Source: a virus (taxonomy: Duplodnaviria > Caudoviricetes). Taken from it: a stretch of DNA of 64,000 bases. The stretch spans positions 443-64,442 of the IMG/VR virus record IMGVR_UViG_3300035698_019959; one strand, written 5' to 3'. The notes under the pieces are model-generated. The model was not told where the DNA came from. It worked only from the letters and a program-made list of their open reading frames with translations, and did not search any database. This document shows, piece by piece, positions 1 through 8,824 of this stretch; positions within the stretch are counted from its first letter, which is position 1; each line of letters opens with the position of its first letter. The position numbers and the translations under genes are program-made.

Positions 1-1
1 T

Positions 2-157
2 ATCGATTATTGGGAAGAGATAGAAGAAGAGGGTGAGGCGGTTAAGCAAAGCTATTGGGATGCTGAGATGAATTTGTTTGTTAAAAAGTTGAAAATTATT
101 GAAAAGAGAATATTTGTGGCTGAGGGTGATAGCGGTGGGTTTGGGGTATGTGTCTAA
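2..157 (+). CDS. 3' part of hypothetical protein (starts before window)
   Basis: Open frame from position 2 to TAA at 155-157, followed by the AGGAGG RBS of the next gene. Confidence 0.6.
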   Translation: MDYWEEIEEEGEAVKQSYWDAEMNLFVKKLKIIEKRIFVAEGDSGGFGVCV

Positions 158-166
158 GGAGGAAAT

Positions 167-352
167 ATGACGAATAAAATAAAAGGGTTTTTGTGTATAA
201 CCCCGTTTGTATTATCTATTTTGGGACTTTTTTGTTATTTTGTATCTGCGGGAGGGTTTGGGTTTTTATTTATTGTTTTACTTAGTAGTTTTATTATTAT
301 GGCGATATCGTTATTGGGTGGTTATGGTTTAAAACTATTAAGCGGAAATTAA
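167..352 (+). CDS. small two-TM membrane protein
   Basis: AGGAGG RBS; two hydrophobic segments. Confidence 0.7.
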   Translation: MTNKIKGFLCITPFVLSILGLFCYFVSAGGFGFLFIVLLSSFIIMAISLLGGYGLKLLSGN

Positions 353-374
353 AATATAATATTATGGGGGGGAC

Positions 375-1460
375 ATGAGTCAGTTAAAAGTTGAAGTAGT
401 TGAAATTGATGAAATTCTAGAACATCCAAATGCCGATAGTCTTGAGTTGGCTAGGATCAAAGGTTGGATATGTATTGTTAAAAAGGGTGTTTTTAAGTCA
501 GGAGACAAATGCATATATGCTCCCATCGATTCTGTTCTTCCTTATATTTTAGAAGATAAGCTTTTTTCAGATGCAAAGGTTAAGTTAAGCAAAGGTAGAA
601 TCAAAACAATCAAGTTAAGGGGTTCCATTTCACAGGGATTAGTTATTAATCCTAAAACAGTGGGAATGGAAAATAAAAAGGTAGGTGCAGATGTAACGAA
701 AGAGCTTGGCATAGAAAAATATGAGCCTCCTCAAAAATCTTGTAAAAGCAATGAACCAAAATATTATAAATATAGAAATCCTAATTTTAAAAAATATACT
801 GATATGGAAAATTATAAGAATTATGTTGGTCTCTTTAAGGAAGGAGAACCAGTTGTTGTTACAGAAAAGATTCATGGAACAAATTGGAGAGCTGGTTGGG
901 TTCCTACTGTGGCTGATACTTTTTGGAAGAAAGTTAAAAAGTTTTTTGGTAGGTTGCCTGAGTATGAATTTGTTTATGGGTCTCGTAATGTGCAGCTTCA
1001 TGATAAAAAAGATTGGAAGGGGTTTTATCCTGGGAATGTGTATTATAAGATTGTAGAAAAGTATGATATTAAAAATAAATTAAAACCTAATGAAGTTATC
1101 TATGGCGAAGTCTATGGTGATGGAATTCAGGGTAATTATAGTTATGGGTTAAAGGGTGAAATGGATTTGGTTATCTTTGATATGATGCACGATGGGGACT
1201 ATATGTGCCCGAAATTTGCTGAGACTTGGTGTGAGAATAGAAATCTTCCTTTTGTCCCTGTTTTATATGAAGGCCCATTTAGTATTGAGAAGATCGTTGA
1301 GTTGAGTAAAGGTGCTTCGGTATTATGTCCTGATCAAAAGGTTAGAGAGGGTGTTGTTATTAAGCTAACGGAAGAAGCAGCTACTCACATGGGGCGGAAG
1401 GTTTTGAAATATGTTAGTGACGAATATTTATTGTTAAAAGGTAATACAGATTTTCATTGA
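375..1460 (+). CDS. RNA ligase, DRB0094/Rnl5 family, with N-terminal tRNA-binding-like OB domain
   Basis: N-terminal HPNADSLELA; nucleotidyltransferase motifs TEKIHGTN (I), YGEVYG (III), IFDM (IIIa), REGVVIK (IV), LKYVS..YL (V). Confidence 0.9.
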   Translation: MSQLKVEVVEIDEILEHPNADSLELARIKGWICIVKKGVFKSGDKCIYAPIDSVLPYILEDKLFSDAKVKLSKGRIKTIKLRGSISQGLVINPKTVGMENKKVGADVTKELGIEKYEPPQKSCKSNEPKYYKYRNPNFKKYTDMENYKNYVGLFKEGEPVVVTEKIHGTNWRAGWVPTVADTFWKKVKKFFGRLPEYEFVYGSRNVQLHDKKDWKGFYPGNVYYKIVEKYDIKNKLKPNEVIYGEVYGDGIQGNYSYGLKGEMDLVIFDMMHDGDYMCPKFAETWCENRNLPFVPVLYEGPFSIEKIVELSKGASVLCPDQKVREGVVIKLTEEAATHMGRKVLKYVSDEYLLLKGNTDFH

Positions 1461-1464
1461 TAAT

Positions 1465-1535
1465 TGGTGGATCGTCCAATGGAAGGACAGCGGTTTTTGG
1501 GGCCGTTTATCTAGGTTCGAATCCTAGTCCGTCAA
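1465..1535 (+). tRNA. trnQ: tRNA-Gln (TTG)
   Basis: Acceptor TGGTGGA/TCCGTCA; D stem GTCC/GGAC; anticodon stem GCGGT/GCCGT with loop TTTTGGG; T arm CTAGG-TTCGAAT-CCTAG; CCA not encoded. Confidence 0.85.
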
Positions 1536-1566
1536 CAGATGGTTATAACAGATAGTAAATATTGGT

Positions 1567-1639
1567 GTGATCGTAGCTTAATTAGTAAAGCGTCAGGTTG
1601 TGGCCCTGGAGGATGTGGATGCAAGTTCCACCGATCACC
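1567..1639 (+). tRNA. trnH: tRNA-His (GTG)
   Basis: Acceptor GTGATCG/CGATCAC with C73; D stem GCTT/AAGC; anticodon stem TCAGG/CCTGG with loop TTGTGGC; T arm GTGGA-TGCAAGT-TCCAC. Confidence 0.85.
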
Positions 1640-1668
1640 CCTATATTTATTATTTTAAAGGAGGAAAT

Positions 1669-2502
1669 ATGAAAGCACAGAATCTAACAATATGCGTACC
1701 GAATAAGGGTTGTGATAAGAATTGCCCTTATTGCGTTTCCAAAATGACTCCTTCAGTACAATCTGATTTAAAAAGAATGGAATGGAATTTAAAAAAAGTT
1801 AAATTTTTTGCTGAAAGAGCAGGGGTGTCTTCGATACTGTTTACTGGTAAAGGTGAGCCATTTTTAAATATAAAAGATTTGACCTATTTGGCCAATCTTT
1901 TTAGTTTTTTCCCGATTGAAATTCAAACCAATGGATTGAAGTTGTTAGAGTGTTATAATGAACAGGAATTAATGATTGCACGAGATATTTTGTGGGCAGC
2001 CAATGTATTGGCCTTTTCGTTCGATAGAATGGAACAGTTTGATAAATTCAAAGATTTGTTTGAATTTTTAAAGAAAAATTATGGAATTGTTATTCGGGTA
2101 ACAATGAATGTAACTGAATGGCTTGAAGGTTATGATCCTAGCCAATTTATTGGGAAATGTCAAGAATGTGGTGTGGATCAATTTTCTTTTAGAAATATAG
2201 TTGTCCCGACTAGGTTAATGAAAGATCAAGAAGCATATAAGGCAGCAAGGTGGATAGATGAAAACACCGACCCTCTTCTCTATAATAATTATAAGAAGTT
2301 TATTTCAAAATTTTCGAATTCGCTTATAATTCGGGAATTACCTTATGGTGCTGTGGTGTATGATATTTGTGATGTTGCTGTTACTTGTTTTGATTATTGT
2401 GTACAGGATAAAAACAATGGTGACGATATTAGAAGTTTAATCTTTCAAGAGGATGGTCATCTTTATACCTCATGGAATAGTAAGGCAAGTATATTATTTT
2501 AA
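1669..2502 (+). CDS. radical SAM protein
   Basis: CxxxCxxC motif (CDKNCPYC), TGKGEP, IQTNG; start moved to ATG 1669 behind AGGAGG because the ORF-track start overlaps tRNA-His. Confidence 0.85.
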   Translation: MKAQNLTICVPNKGCDKNCPYCVSKMTPSVQSDLKRMEWNLKKVKFFAERAGVSSILFTGKGEPFLNIKDLTYLANLFSFFPIEIQTNGLKLLECYNEQELMIARDILWAANVLAFSFDRMEQFDKFKDLFEFLKKNYGIVIRVTMNVTEWLEGYDPSQFIGKCQECGVDQFSFRNIVVPTRLMKDQEAYKAARWIDENTDPLLYNNYKKFISKFSNSLIIRELPYGAVVYDICDVAVTCFDYCVQDKNNGDDIRSLIFQEDGHLYTSWNSKASILF

Positions 2503-2531
2503 TGCATGAACAAAACATAAAGGAGAAAACT

Positions 2532-3050
2532 ATGAAATACAAAGTGGGTGACAAGGTAAGAGTAAGGCAGTGGGAAGCAATGAAGAGAGAGTTTGGGTTG
2601 GATAGTGATGGAAATATAAAATTATATCCTTCTTTTATAACAGGTATGTCTGGGCATTGTGGTGAAGTGGGTATTATATCAAAGGTGAGTGGGATTGGTT
2701 ATTCTATGGGTAATGGTGGTGGGTTTGTTTGGACTGATGATATGTTTGAGGGTTATGCTTTTGAGTATGGTGATGAGATTGAAGTTAGTAGTTATGAGGG
2801 TGTGTGTGGAGAGGGTTGGGTTAAGAGAATATATGTTGGGTATATAGATGGAGACTATCGGCCTTATTGTTGTGTAAGTTCTGAGTGTGACAAAGAATAT
2901 GAAGAAGGTAATACTTATGATACGGGCCCTTGGAGATTTGCTCGTCCAGTTCAAAAGGATGTTATAGAAGTAACACTTAAAAAGAATGGTGAAGTAATTG
3001 ATGGGCCTATAAGTGAAGAGACTGCTAGAAGTCTTAAAATAATTAAATAA
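2532..3050 (+). CDS. hypothetical phage protein (MKYKVGDKVRVR SH3-like N-terminus)
   Basis: AGGAG RBS before ATG 2532; KVGDKVRV...WTDDMFE pattern common in phage accessory proteins. Confidence 0.7.
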   Translation: MKYKVGDKVRVRQWEAMKREFGLDSDGNIKLYPSFITGMSGHCGEVGIISKVSGIGYSMGNGGGFVWTDDMFEGYAFEYGDEIEVSSYEGVCGEGWVKRIYVGYIDGDYRPYCCVSSECDKEYEEGNTYDTGPWRFARPVQKDVIEVTLKKNGEVIDGPISEETARSLKIIK

Positions 3051-3066
3051 AAAAAAGGAGGAGATA

Positions 3067-3489
3067 ATGGTATTTTTAATTTATTTGTTGGGTATGGTAG
3101 ATATTTTTCTTGGTGTATCTATAGCGGTTGCTGTATGTAGCGGGATGTTCCTAATTGTTTCTGCCGTATCAACTGTGGCTTGGCAGGGGGTGGTAGAGGT
3201 TGCGCCAGAGGAGAATCGTCGTGGTTGGGATGTCAAAGACTATAAGGCAGCGTGTAAGATAGGGCAGAAGATAAGAAAGACAGCTATGGTGATATTTATT
3301 CCGACCATTTTATTCTCTATTTTTATCCCTTCTTCCAAGATGATGGCTGCTATGTATTTGTTGCCCAAGATAGCGGGGAACGAGCAAGTCCAACAGATCC
3401 CTAGCAAAGTATTAAAAGCATTAAATTTTAAGTTAGATGAATGGGTAGAAGATTTCACTGGTGATGTTAAAAAGGAGAAAACAAAATGA
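3067..3489 (+). CDS. membrane protein
   Basis: RBS; two hydrophobic helices; IFIPS..M.AMY..P motif typical of phage membrane proteins. Confidence 0.75.
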   Translation: MVFLIYLLGMVDIFLGVSIAVAVCSGMFLIVSAVSTVAWQGVVEVAPEENRRGWDVKDYKAACKIGQKIRKTAMVIFIPTILFSIFIPSSKMMAAMYLLPKIAGNEQVQQIPSKVLKALNFKLDEWVEDFTGDVKKEKTK

Positions 3490-3674
3490 TTGATTTAAAC
3501 GAAGGGGTGGAAACACCAGTGCAGAGAATGTGGGTAAGCTTTGATCCGAAAACAGACAGGACGATGAATGAAGGTGGGGTCGGAGAATTCTTTAATCAAC
3601 TGATAGAGTTGATGAAGAAGTTTGGGGTTCTTCAATTAGGATGTGCTAAATGTGATAATAAGGAGAAAAAATAA
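3486..3674 (+). CDS. hypothetical protein
   Basis: AGGAG RBS; ATGA overlap with upstream stop. Confidence 0.6.
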   Translation: MIDLNEGVETPVQRMWVSFDPKTDRTMNEGGVGEFFNQLIELMKKFGVLQLGCAKCDNKEKK

Positions 3675-3685
3675 TATATAACCAA

Positions 3686-3886
3686 ATGAATATTCAAGAG
3701 GGGAGATATGTTGTGAAAAAATACTTTGAAGTTGTTAAGGATTCTTTAGGTAAAACTAAGATATTTGGTCCTTTAAAAAATATTAAAAAGGTAGTTGATA
3801 ATCAAGAGTATAAATATTGCCAAGTTTTTAAGGATAAAGTGATTTCTGTTTTAAAGGAAAAAGAAATATTACAACAGGAGGAGTAA
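3686..3886 (+). CDS. hypothetical protein
   Basis: Fills the gap in a tightly packed operon. Confidence 0.5.
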   Translation: MNIQEGRYVVKKYFEVVKDSLGKTKIFGPLKNIKKVVDNQEYKYCQVFKDKVISVLKEKEILQQEE

Positions 3887-3887
3887 A

Positions 3888-4127
3888 ATGTCTAGTACAT
3901 ATTATCGCGATGAAGATGGTCAGAAGCATTATTTCACTAGATACGTTGAGGAGCGGCTGGAAGAGTTAGAAGCATTAAAAAGAATAAGCGAAGAGTATTT
4001 CAAGCCTTTTATTAAAGCAGTAAGTAAGATTTATCTGTGTCGTCCTTGTTGCTATAAGAACAGGGAAGTTCTAGATGAGATAAAAAAACTAGGCGAAAAG
4101 GCAGAAAAGGAACGTAAAGATAAGTAA
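3888..4127 (+). CDS. hypothetical protein
   Basis: GGAGGAG RBS. Confidence 0.65.
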   Translation: MSSTYYRDEDGQKHYFTRYVEERLEELEALKRISEEYFKPFIKAVSKIYLCRPCCYKNREVLDEIKKLGEKAEKERKDK

Positions 4128-4137
4128 GGAGCTATTA

Positions 4138-4236
4138 ATGTTTGCGTTGATACTAATAATTTGTATGGCAAGTTCTGGAATAGATTTTCCTGATTGGGCT
4201 TATGTTCTAGCAGCATTGGCTATATTAGAGAGTTAA
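4138..4236 (+). CDS. 32-aa hydrophobic peptide (below ORF-track cutoff)
   Basis: AGGAG RBS; MFALILIICMASSGIDFPDWAYVLAALAILES; stop abuts the next RBS. Confidence 0.55.
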   Translation: MFALILIICMASSGIDFPDWAYVLAALAILES

Positions 4237-4246
4237 AGGAGAAAGC

Positions 4247-4675
4247 ATGTTGATGAGCGCAATTTCGTTTGCAATACTTAAACATATGAAACAAGTAGAT
4301 GATGATGGCAAAGATTATTTTAGAGAACATTGTGCTGTTGTAGGTAGGCTTGTTGAAGGAGTTACTAATGATATCAAAGTAATTGAAGCGGCTTATCTTC
4401 ATGATACTTTAGAAGATACAGATACTACTTACGAGGAGCTTGTGGAGCATTTTGGTCAAAGGGTTGCTGACCTAGTCAATGAGGTAACTCACGAAGGACA
4501 GAAGGATCATTATGGATACTATTTTCCAAGACTAAAGAGTAGGGATGCTATACTTATTAAGTTAGCAGATAGGATGTCTAATATATCAAGAATGGATAAT
4601 TGGGATGATGAGAGAAAAGAACAATATTTAAAGAAAACAAAGTTCTGGAGAGATGGTTCAGATAAGGGGGAGTAG
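4247..4675 (+). CDS. HD-domain hydrolase, Mesh1/small alarmone hydrolase-like
   Basis: Y..H, AAYLHDTLEDT, FG.RVADLV.EVT and IKLADR.SN motifs of the RelA/SpoT hydrolase domain. Confidence 0.85.
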   Translation: MLMSAISFAILKHMKQVDDDGKDYFREHCAVVGRLVEGVTNDIKVIEAAYLHDTLEDTDTTYEELVEHFGQRVADLVNEVTHEGQKDHYGYYFPRLKSRDAILIKLADRMSNISRMDNWDDERKEQYLKKTKFWRDGSDKGE

Positions 4676-5002
4676 ATGTTTATTTACAATTTGGTTGTCG
4701 CTATGGTTCTACATTTTTTAGCAGATTTTGTTGCCCAAAATGATTGGATGGCAATTAATAAGTCTCAATCGTTCAAAGCATTAGGTTTGCATTCTCTTGT
4801 TTATTCTTTTTGTTTTCTTGGATTTGGATTAGGGTTTATGTTATGGATGTTGCTTACTCATTTGATTATTGATGGTATCACAAGTAGGGTAACGTCATAT
4901 TATTGGAAGCAAGAAAAAAGACATGAATTTTTTGTAGTTATTGGCTTTGATCAATTGTTACATAATTTGGTGTTAATATTAGGAGTGCTCAAATGTTTAT
5001 AG
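4676..5002 (+). CDS. DUF3307-like membrane protein
   Basis: HFLADFVAQ, HSLVY, HLIID, GFDQLLH motifs. Confidence 0.85.
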   Translation: MFIYNLVVAMVLHFLADFVAQNDWMAINKSQSFKALGLHSLVYSFCFLGFGLGFMLWMLLTHLIIDGITSRVTSYYWKQEKRHEFFVVIGFDQLLHNLVLILGVLKCL

Positions 5003-5616
5003 AAGATGAAGATTTAGAATTTAATGAAGGTAATTTTAAACGTCTAAAAGAAGAAGCGAAGTCAAGGGAAGCATATATTAAAATTTTGTTAGGATTAATT
5101 GATGAGTTAAAAAAAATGAATCAAGGGGGGGGGGATAAAATGAGTCCAGAATCAATCTGTTGTAGTGTAGAAATTGCGAAGAATTTAGAAGAAGCAGGAT
5201 GGGATAAAGAGACTGTGTTTGTATGGTTGGCCCAATGCAATGGAAGTTATCGGCTTTGGCCAATTGAAAATATCGGTTATGAATTAAATCCGATGATAAA
5301 TTTTTATTATGCTCCCACAAGTGCAGAGATAGAGTTGCCAATAGAAATACAATGTATTTGTTATTGTAAAAATGTTTTAGACGAACATTCTAAATATTGG
5401 TGTTTAGACGAACATTCTAAATATTGGTGTATGGAAGTTTTTGATGAGGAAGAGGATAGAATTTATACTAAAGATATGGTTCTAGCATGTTCTGGTCCAA
5501 AATATTGTGGAGAGAATCATAGTTTTACTCTTCCAGGAACTGAAGAGGCCTATACTGAAGTAGAATCAAAAGCTAGAGCATGGTTATATTTAAAAAAAAG
5601 GGGGTTAATCAAATGA
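4993..5616 (+). CDS. hypothetical protein; probably two genes (second starting at ATG 5140) joined across a G10 tract
   Basis: G10 at 5125-5134 can act as RBS for ATG 5140; CS.EIAK.LEEAG is a typical protein N-terminus. Confidence 0.6.
   Translation: MFIEDEDLEFNEGNFKRLKEEAKSREAYIKILLGLIDELKKMNQGGGDKMSPESICCSVEIAKNLEEAGWDKETVFVWLAQCNGSYRLWPIENIGYELNPMINFYYAPTSAEIELPIEIQCICYCKNVLDEHSKYWCLDEHSKYWCMEVFDEEEDRIYTKDMVLACSGPKYCGENHSFTLPGTEEAYTEVESKARAWLYLKKRGLIK
5377..5430 (+). repeat. 27-bp in-frame tandem duplication (LDEHSKYWC x2)
   Basis: TTAGACGAACATTCTAAATATTGGTGT repeated exactly twice. Confidence 0.95.
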
Positions 5617-6080
5617 AAGATACTTTAAGATGTAGAGGGAAAAGTATTGACACTCGTAGTTGGGTGTATGGTTTCCCGGTATATAGTGTTAATGATAAAT
5701 GTTATATAATTTTAAATGCAACAGAAGATGCCATAAATACATTAAATGAAGTAGATTTCGTGTTTGTAGAAGTCGATCCTAAGACTGTTGGGAGATATAT
5801 TGGGATGAATGATGCAAATGATATAGAAATCTATGAACATGATATTGTTAGAAAATGGTGGGGATTTTATTGGGATCGTGGAGATAAATATTGTTATCAC
5901 CAAATTGTATTTGATAGGGGGTCTGTTGGCCCTTGTTATGGCGGTAATGTTATGTCGTGGTTATTAGGAGGATGTTATAATTTATGGGAAGGTAATGAGG
6001 TTGAGGTAATGGGTAATATTTTTGATAATTCTGATCTTGATGGTAAAGAAGAATTTGTAAAATGGGAAGGGGAACAATAA
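5613..6080 (+). CDS. YopX family protein
   Basis: RGK.ID...WVYG, VDPKTVGRYIG..D.ND.EIYE.DIV, EVMGNIFDN. Confidence 0.85.
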   Translation: MKDTLRCRGKSIDTRSWVYGFPVYSVNDKCYIILNATEDAINTLNEVDFVFVEVDPKTVGRYIGMNDANDIEIYEHDIVRKWWGFYWDRGDKYCYHQIVFDRGSVGPCYGGNVMSWLLGGCYNLWEGNEVEVMGNIFDNSDLDGKEEFVKWEGEQ

Positions 6081-6081
6081 A

Positions 6082-6240
6082 ATGAATACATACGAAACAA
6101 TATTTCTTTTTATATTAGCTTCAGGTGCTGCTCTTTGGTTTGGGCTATGGCAGGATAGTGCTCAAGCTGGAATGTTTATGTGGTTATTATTAGCATTAAT
6201 TATATATTTATTTATAGAAAAGGGGCAACCAAATGACTAA
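6082..6240 (+). CDS. 52-aa membrane protein (below ORF-track cutoff)
   Basis: GGGGA RBS; two hydrophobic segments. Confidence 0.6.
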   Translation: MNTYETIFLFILASGAALWFGLWQDSAQAGMFMWLLLALIIYLFIEKGQPND

Positions 6241-6766
6241 CCTCAAAAGAAAAGATGTTGAGAATGCTATTGATGAATGTGCAGATAAGAAATTAAGATA
6301 TTTTATGACAGGTGGATGTTACGGACAACCTAAAGAAATAATCCACCAAGAAGAAGTATTTATAGCTAATAAATGTAAGTTGGTAAAAAATATAATGGCC
6401 CTTCAAGATAAAGAAGAAATATTAATATGGGACGATCCAATGGATTATAATTATTACTATAGAACAGCGGATGGGGAATATATAAAAATGGGGTCAAAGA
6501 AAGAAGGAATAATAGAGCCGGAATGGATGAAAGGAATAAGGTATTTGTATCTAAGGTTAGCACAAGAAAGAGGCTTTCAACCTGTCGATAAGCTTTGTAG
6601 TATAACTGATGTTGGAGGGTACCACGAATTAATATCTTTTGTCTCTGACTTACTTGAAGATCTTGGAAGCAAATGCTTATGTAAAATGGGAGCGGTTCTG
6701 GCCCGTAATCGTTCGGGCAATATGATAAAAGGTGCTATTAACGGAATAACTTATTGGAGATTGTAG
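6233..6766 (+). CDS. hypothetical protein
   Basis: AGGGG RBS; 177-aa ORF within the operon. Confidence 0.6.
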   Translation: MTNLKRKDVENAIDECADKKLRYFMTGGCYGQPKEIIHQEEVFIANKCKLVKNIMALQDKEEILIWDDPMDYNYYYRTADGEYIKMGSKKEGIIEPEWMKGIRYLYLRLAQERGFQPVDKLCSITDVGGYHELISFVSDLLEDLGSKCLCKMGAVLARNRSGNMIKGAINGITYWRL

Positions 6767-6775
6767 GGGTATGTT

Positions 6776-7711
6776 ATGAAAATATTAGTTACAGGTGGAG
6801 CGGGGTTTATAGGATCTCATATAGTCGATGCTTATATCGATGCCGGGCATGATGTTGTTGTAATAGATAATCTTTCAACCGTCAAAAGAGGTAACTTGAA
6901 TCCTAAGGCGAGGTTGTTTGAATTGGATATATGTTCAAAGGAGGCTTCTGAAGTTTTTGAAGCTGAAAAACCGGATATTTTAAATCATCATGCGGCTCAA
7001 ATAGATGTAAGGATTTCTGCTGAAGATCCTGTGTTCGATTTAAAGGTCAATGTGGGTGGGCTTGTAAATCTTCTCGAGGCAGGAAAGAAAAACGGTCTTA
7101 AGAAGGTTATTCTCGCGTCATCCGGCGGTGCTATATATAGCGATAAGGCAGAGAAGCCTTCAACGGAAGATTCACTTGCGGGTCCTTTAAGTCCCTACGG
7201 TTTAAATAAGTTGATATGTGAACATTATTTATCGATGTATGAAAGGGTTTGCGGGATTAAGTGGGTGGCTCTTCGATATGCCAACGTATATGGACCTCGT
7301 CAGAATCATAAGGGCGAGGCCGGCGTGGTTGCTATATTTATAGATAGATTGCTTTCCGGTGGGGTGCCGACCATTTTTGGTGATGGCAAACAAACCAGAG
7401 ATTATGTATTCGTCGAAGATGTGGTTGAAGCAAATAGGTTAACCCTTGCGGAGGATATGTCCGGTATATACAACGTGGGCACTGCTGTTGAAACTGATGT
7501 TAATGGTATATTCAGTATGATTAGGGAGCTTTCTGGAGCTTCTTGTGAACCGAAATATGGCGAGAAGAATTCATCGGAGTTGCTCAGAAGTTCAGTCGAG
7601 CCTAAAAGGTTCATTGAGAAAAAGGGTTGGAGACCCTCCGTAAGGTTAGATGATGGAATTGTAAAAACCTTTGAATGGTTTAAAAATAAAATAGAGGAAG
7701 AAAACATTTAA
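6776..7711 (+). CDS. NAD-dependent NDP-sugar epimerase/dehydratase (GalE/WcaG-like extended SDR)
   Basis: VTGGAGFIGSH, HHAAQ, SSGGAIY, YGLNK (YxxxK), RYANVYGP, GDGKQTRDYVFVED. Confidence 0.95.
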   Translation: MKILVTGGAGFIGSHIVDAYIDAGHDVVVIDNLSTVKRGNLNPKARLFELDICSKEASEVFEAEKPDILNHHAAQIDVRISAEDPVFDLKVNVGGLVNLLEAGKKNGLKKVILASSGGAIYSDKAEKPSTEDSLAGPLSPYGLNKLICEHYLSMYERVCGIKWVALRYANVYGPRQNHKGEAGVVAIFIDRLLSGGVPTIFGDGKQTRDYVFVEDVVEANRLTLAEDMSGIYNVGTAVETDVNGIFSMIRELSGASCEPKYGEKNSSELLRSSVEPKRFIEKKGWRPSVRLDDGIVKTFEWFKNKIEEENI

Positions 7712-7721
7712 GGAGACAATA
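7683..7721 (+). repeat. 39-bp direct repeat, copy 1 (gene 3' end + stop + RBS)
   Basis: AAAATAAAATAGAGGAAGAAAACATTTAAGGAGACAATA identical to 8784-8822. Confidence 0.95.
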
Positions 7722-8077
7722 TGAAAAAATGGGAAGAAACAACCAATCAAGTTTTTGAATTAAAAAGAGTTATAGAAATTCTGCAACAGGATTATGATAG
7801 TAAGGATGAAATATTCAAATATTTAGAAGAAATAGAGCAAGTCTCTGATGAAGAGTGTGATGGGTGTATCAATGAATCGTCAATTCATGATGGGACTCTT
7901 CTTTTTACATATGATTTAATTGGTCAGGCAATCAATCTTTTATCTGCGACAGACACAAGGCAAATAGGAAAGATAAATTTACAAACAGATTATATAATAT
8001 GTAATATGAAATATGGGAAGAAAATGAGCGTGTCGAGGGATATCGTAACAATTCCATTCAAATATCAGGAAGAGTAG
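7721..8077 (+). CDS. hypothetical protein
   Basis: AAGGAG RBS. Confidence 0.65.
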   Translation: MKKWEETTNQVFELKRVIEILQQDYDSKDEIFKYLEEIEQVSDEECDGCINESSIHDGTLLFTYDLIGQAINLLSATDTRQIGKINLQTDYIICNMKYGKKMSVSRDIVTIPFKYQEE

Positions 8078-8093
8078 GTTAAAGGAGGAAACA

Positions 8094-8300
8094 ATGGCAT
8101 TTGGTAAAATGGATACAGGATTTTTATATATGTGGCTTGAGAAAAGTAGAGAGAATCTAAAAAAGTCAAAAGAAGCATTTTCTAAAGAATCCCACCCTCA
8201 ATTTTTAGTTGGTAACGACTCTGAGAATATAGGTGCTCTTATCAAAGCACTACAAAAAGAAATTAATAAAAGGAATATGTTCCAAGGTAATAGAAGTTGA
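8094..8300 (+). CDS. hypothetical protein
   Basis: AGGAGG RBS. Confidence 0.65.
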   Translation: MAFGKMDTGFLYMWLEKSRENLKKSKEAFSKESHPQFLVGNDSENIGALIKALQKEINKRNMFQGNRS

Positions 8301-8321
8301 ATTTCAATAAGGAGACATTAT

Positions 8322-8516
8322 ATGCTTATTCTAAAGAAGATAGGACTATCTCTATTAATACTGTACATACCTATAGTACTTATTATCTCATTACTACTAG
8401 ATATTGATAAGATACTCATACATATTGTATTTTACCCTCTAATGGTACTATTTTTAGTACTACTAGTGGTAATGTTTATACTTCCACCAATATATAGAAT
8501 ATGGGGTGGCAAATGA
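8322..8516 (+). CDS. small membrane protein
   Basis: AAGGAG RBS; two TM segments. Confidence 0.65.
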   Translation: MLILKKIGLSLLILYIPIVLIISLLLDIDKILIHIVFYPLMVLFLVLLVVMFILPPIYRIWGGK

Positions 8517-8812
8517 CACAGAAGATAAGAGATAGAGTATCAGATTTTGAGTATATAGGTGTTGATGCAGGAGATCTTGAATGGTTATGTACTACTATAG
8601 AGAAGTTATGTGATGTGGTGGATCTTAGTAAGACTGTGTTTGAGGAAGCAGTAGTAGAGATGGACGGCCGGAAACAATGTTTAACATGTGGTGTTTTTAG
8701 GTCTTTTGGCGAAGATTTTGTACACACAACCACATGTGAGGTTGACCAATTAGGTAAAATCTTTAAAGCCCTAAAAGAATGGGAAAATAAAATAGAGGAA
8801 GAAAACATTTAA
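8513..8812 (+). CDS. hypothetical protein with CxxC...H...C motif
   Basis: ATGA overlap at 8513; ends NKIEEENI like the epimerase. Confidence 0.65.
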   Translation: MTQKIRDRVSDFEYIGVDAGDLEWLCTTIEKLCDVVDLSKTVFEEAVVEMDGRKQCLTCGVFRSFGEDFVHTTTCEVDQLGKIFKALKEWENKIEEENI

Positions 8813-8822
8813 GGAGACAATA
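8784..8822 (+). repeat. 39-bp direct repeat, copy 2
   Basis: Identical to 7683-7721. Confidence 0.95.
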
Positions 8823-8824
8823 AA

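Noticed and set aside
332-360. TATAAT before the RNA ligase as a late promoter
   Set aside because: The upstream hexamer at 17-bp spacing does not match the motif.
1600-1668. ORF-track N-terminal extension of the radical SAM gene
   Set aside because: Overlaps tRNA-His; a strong SD precedes ATG 1669.
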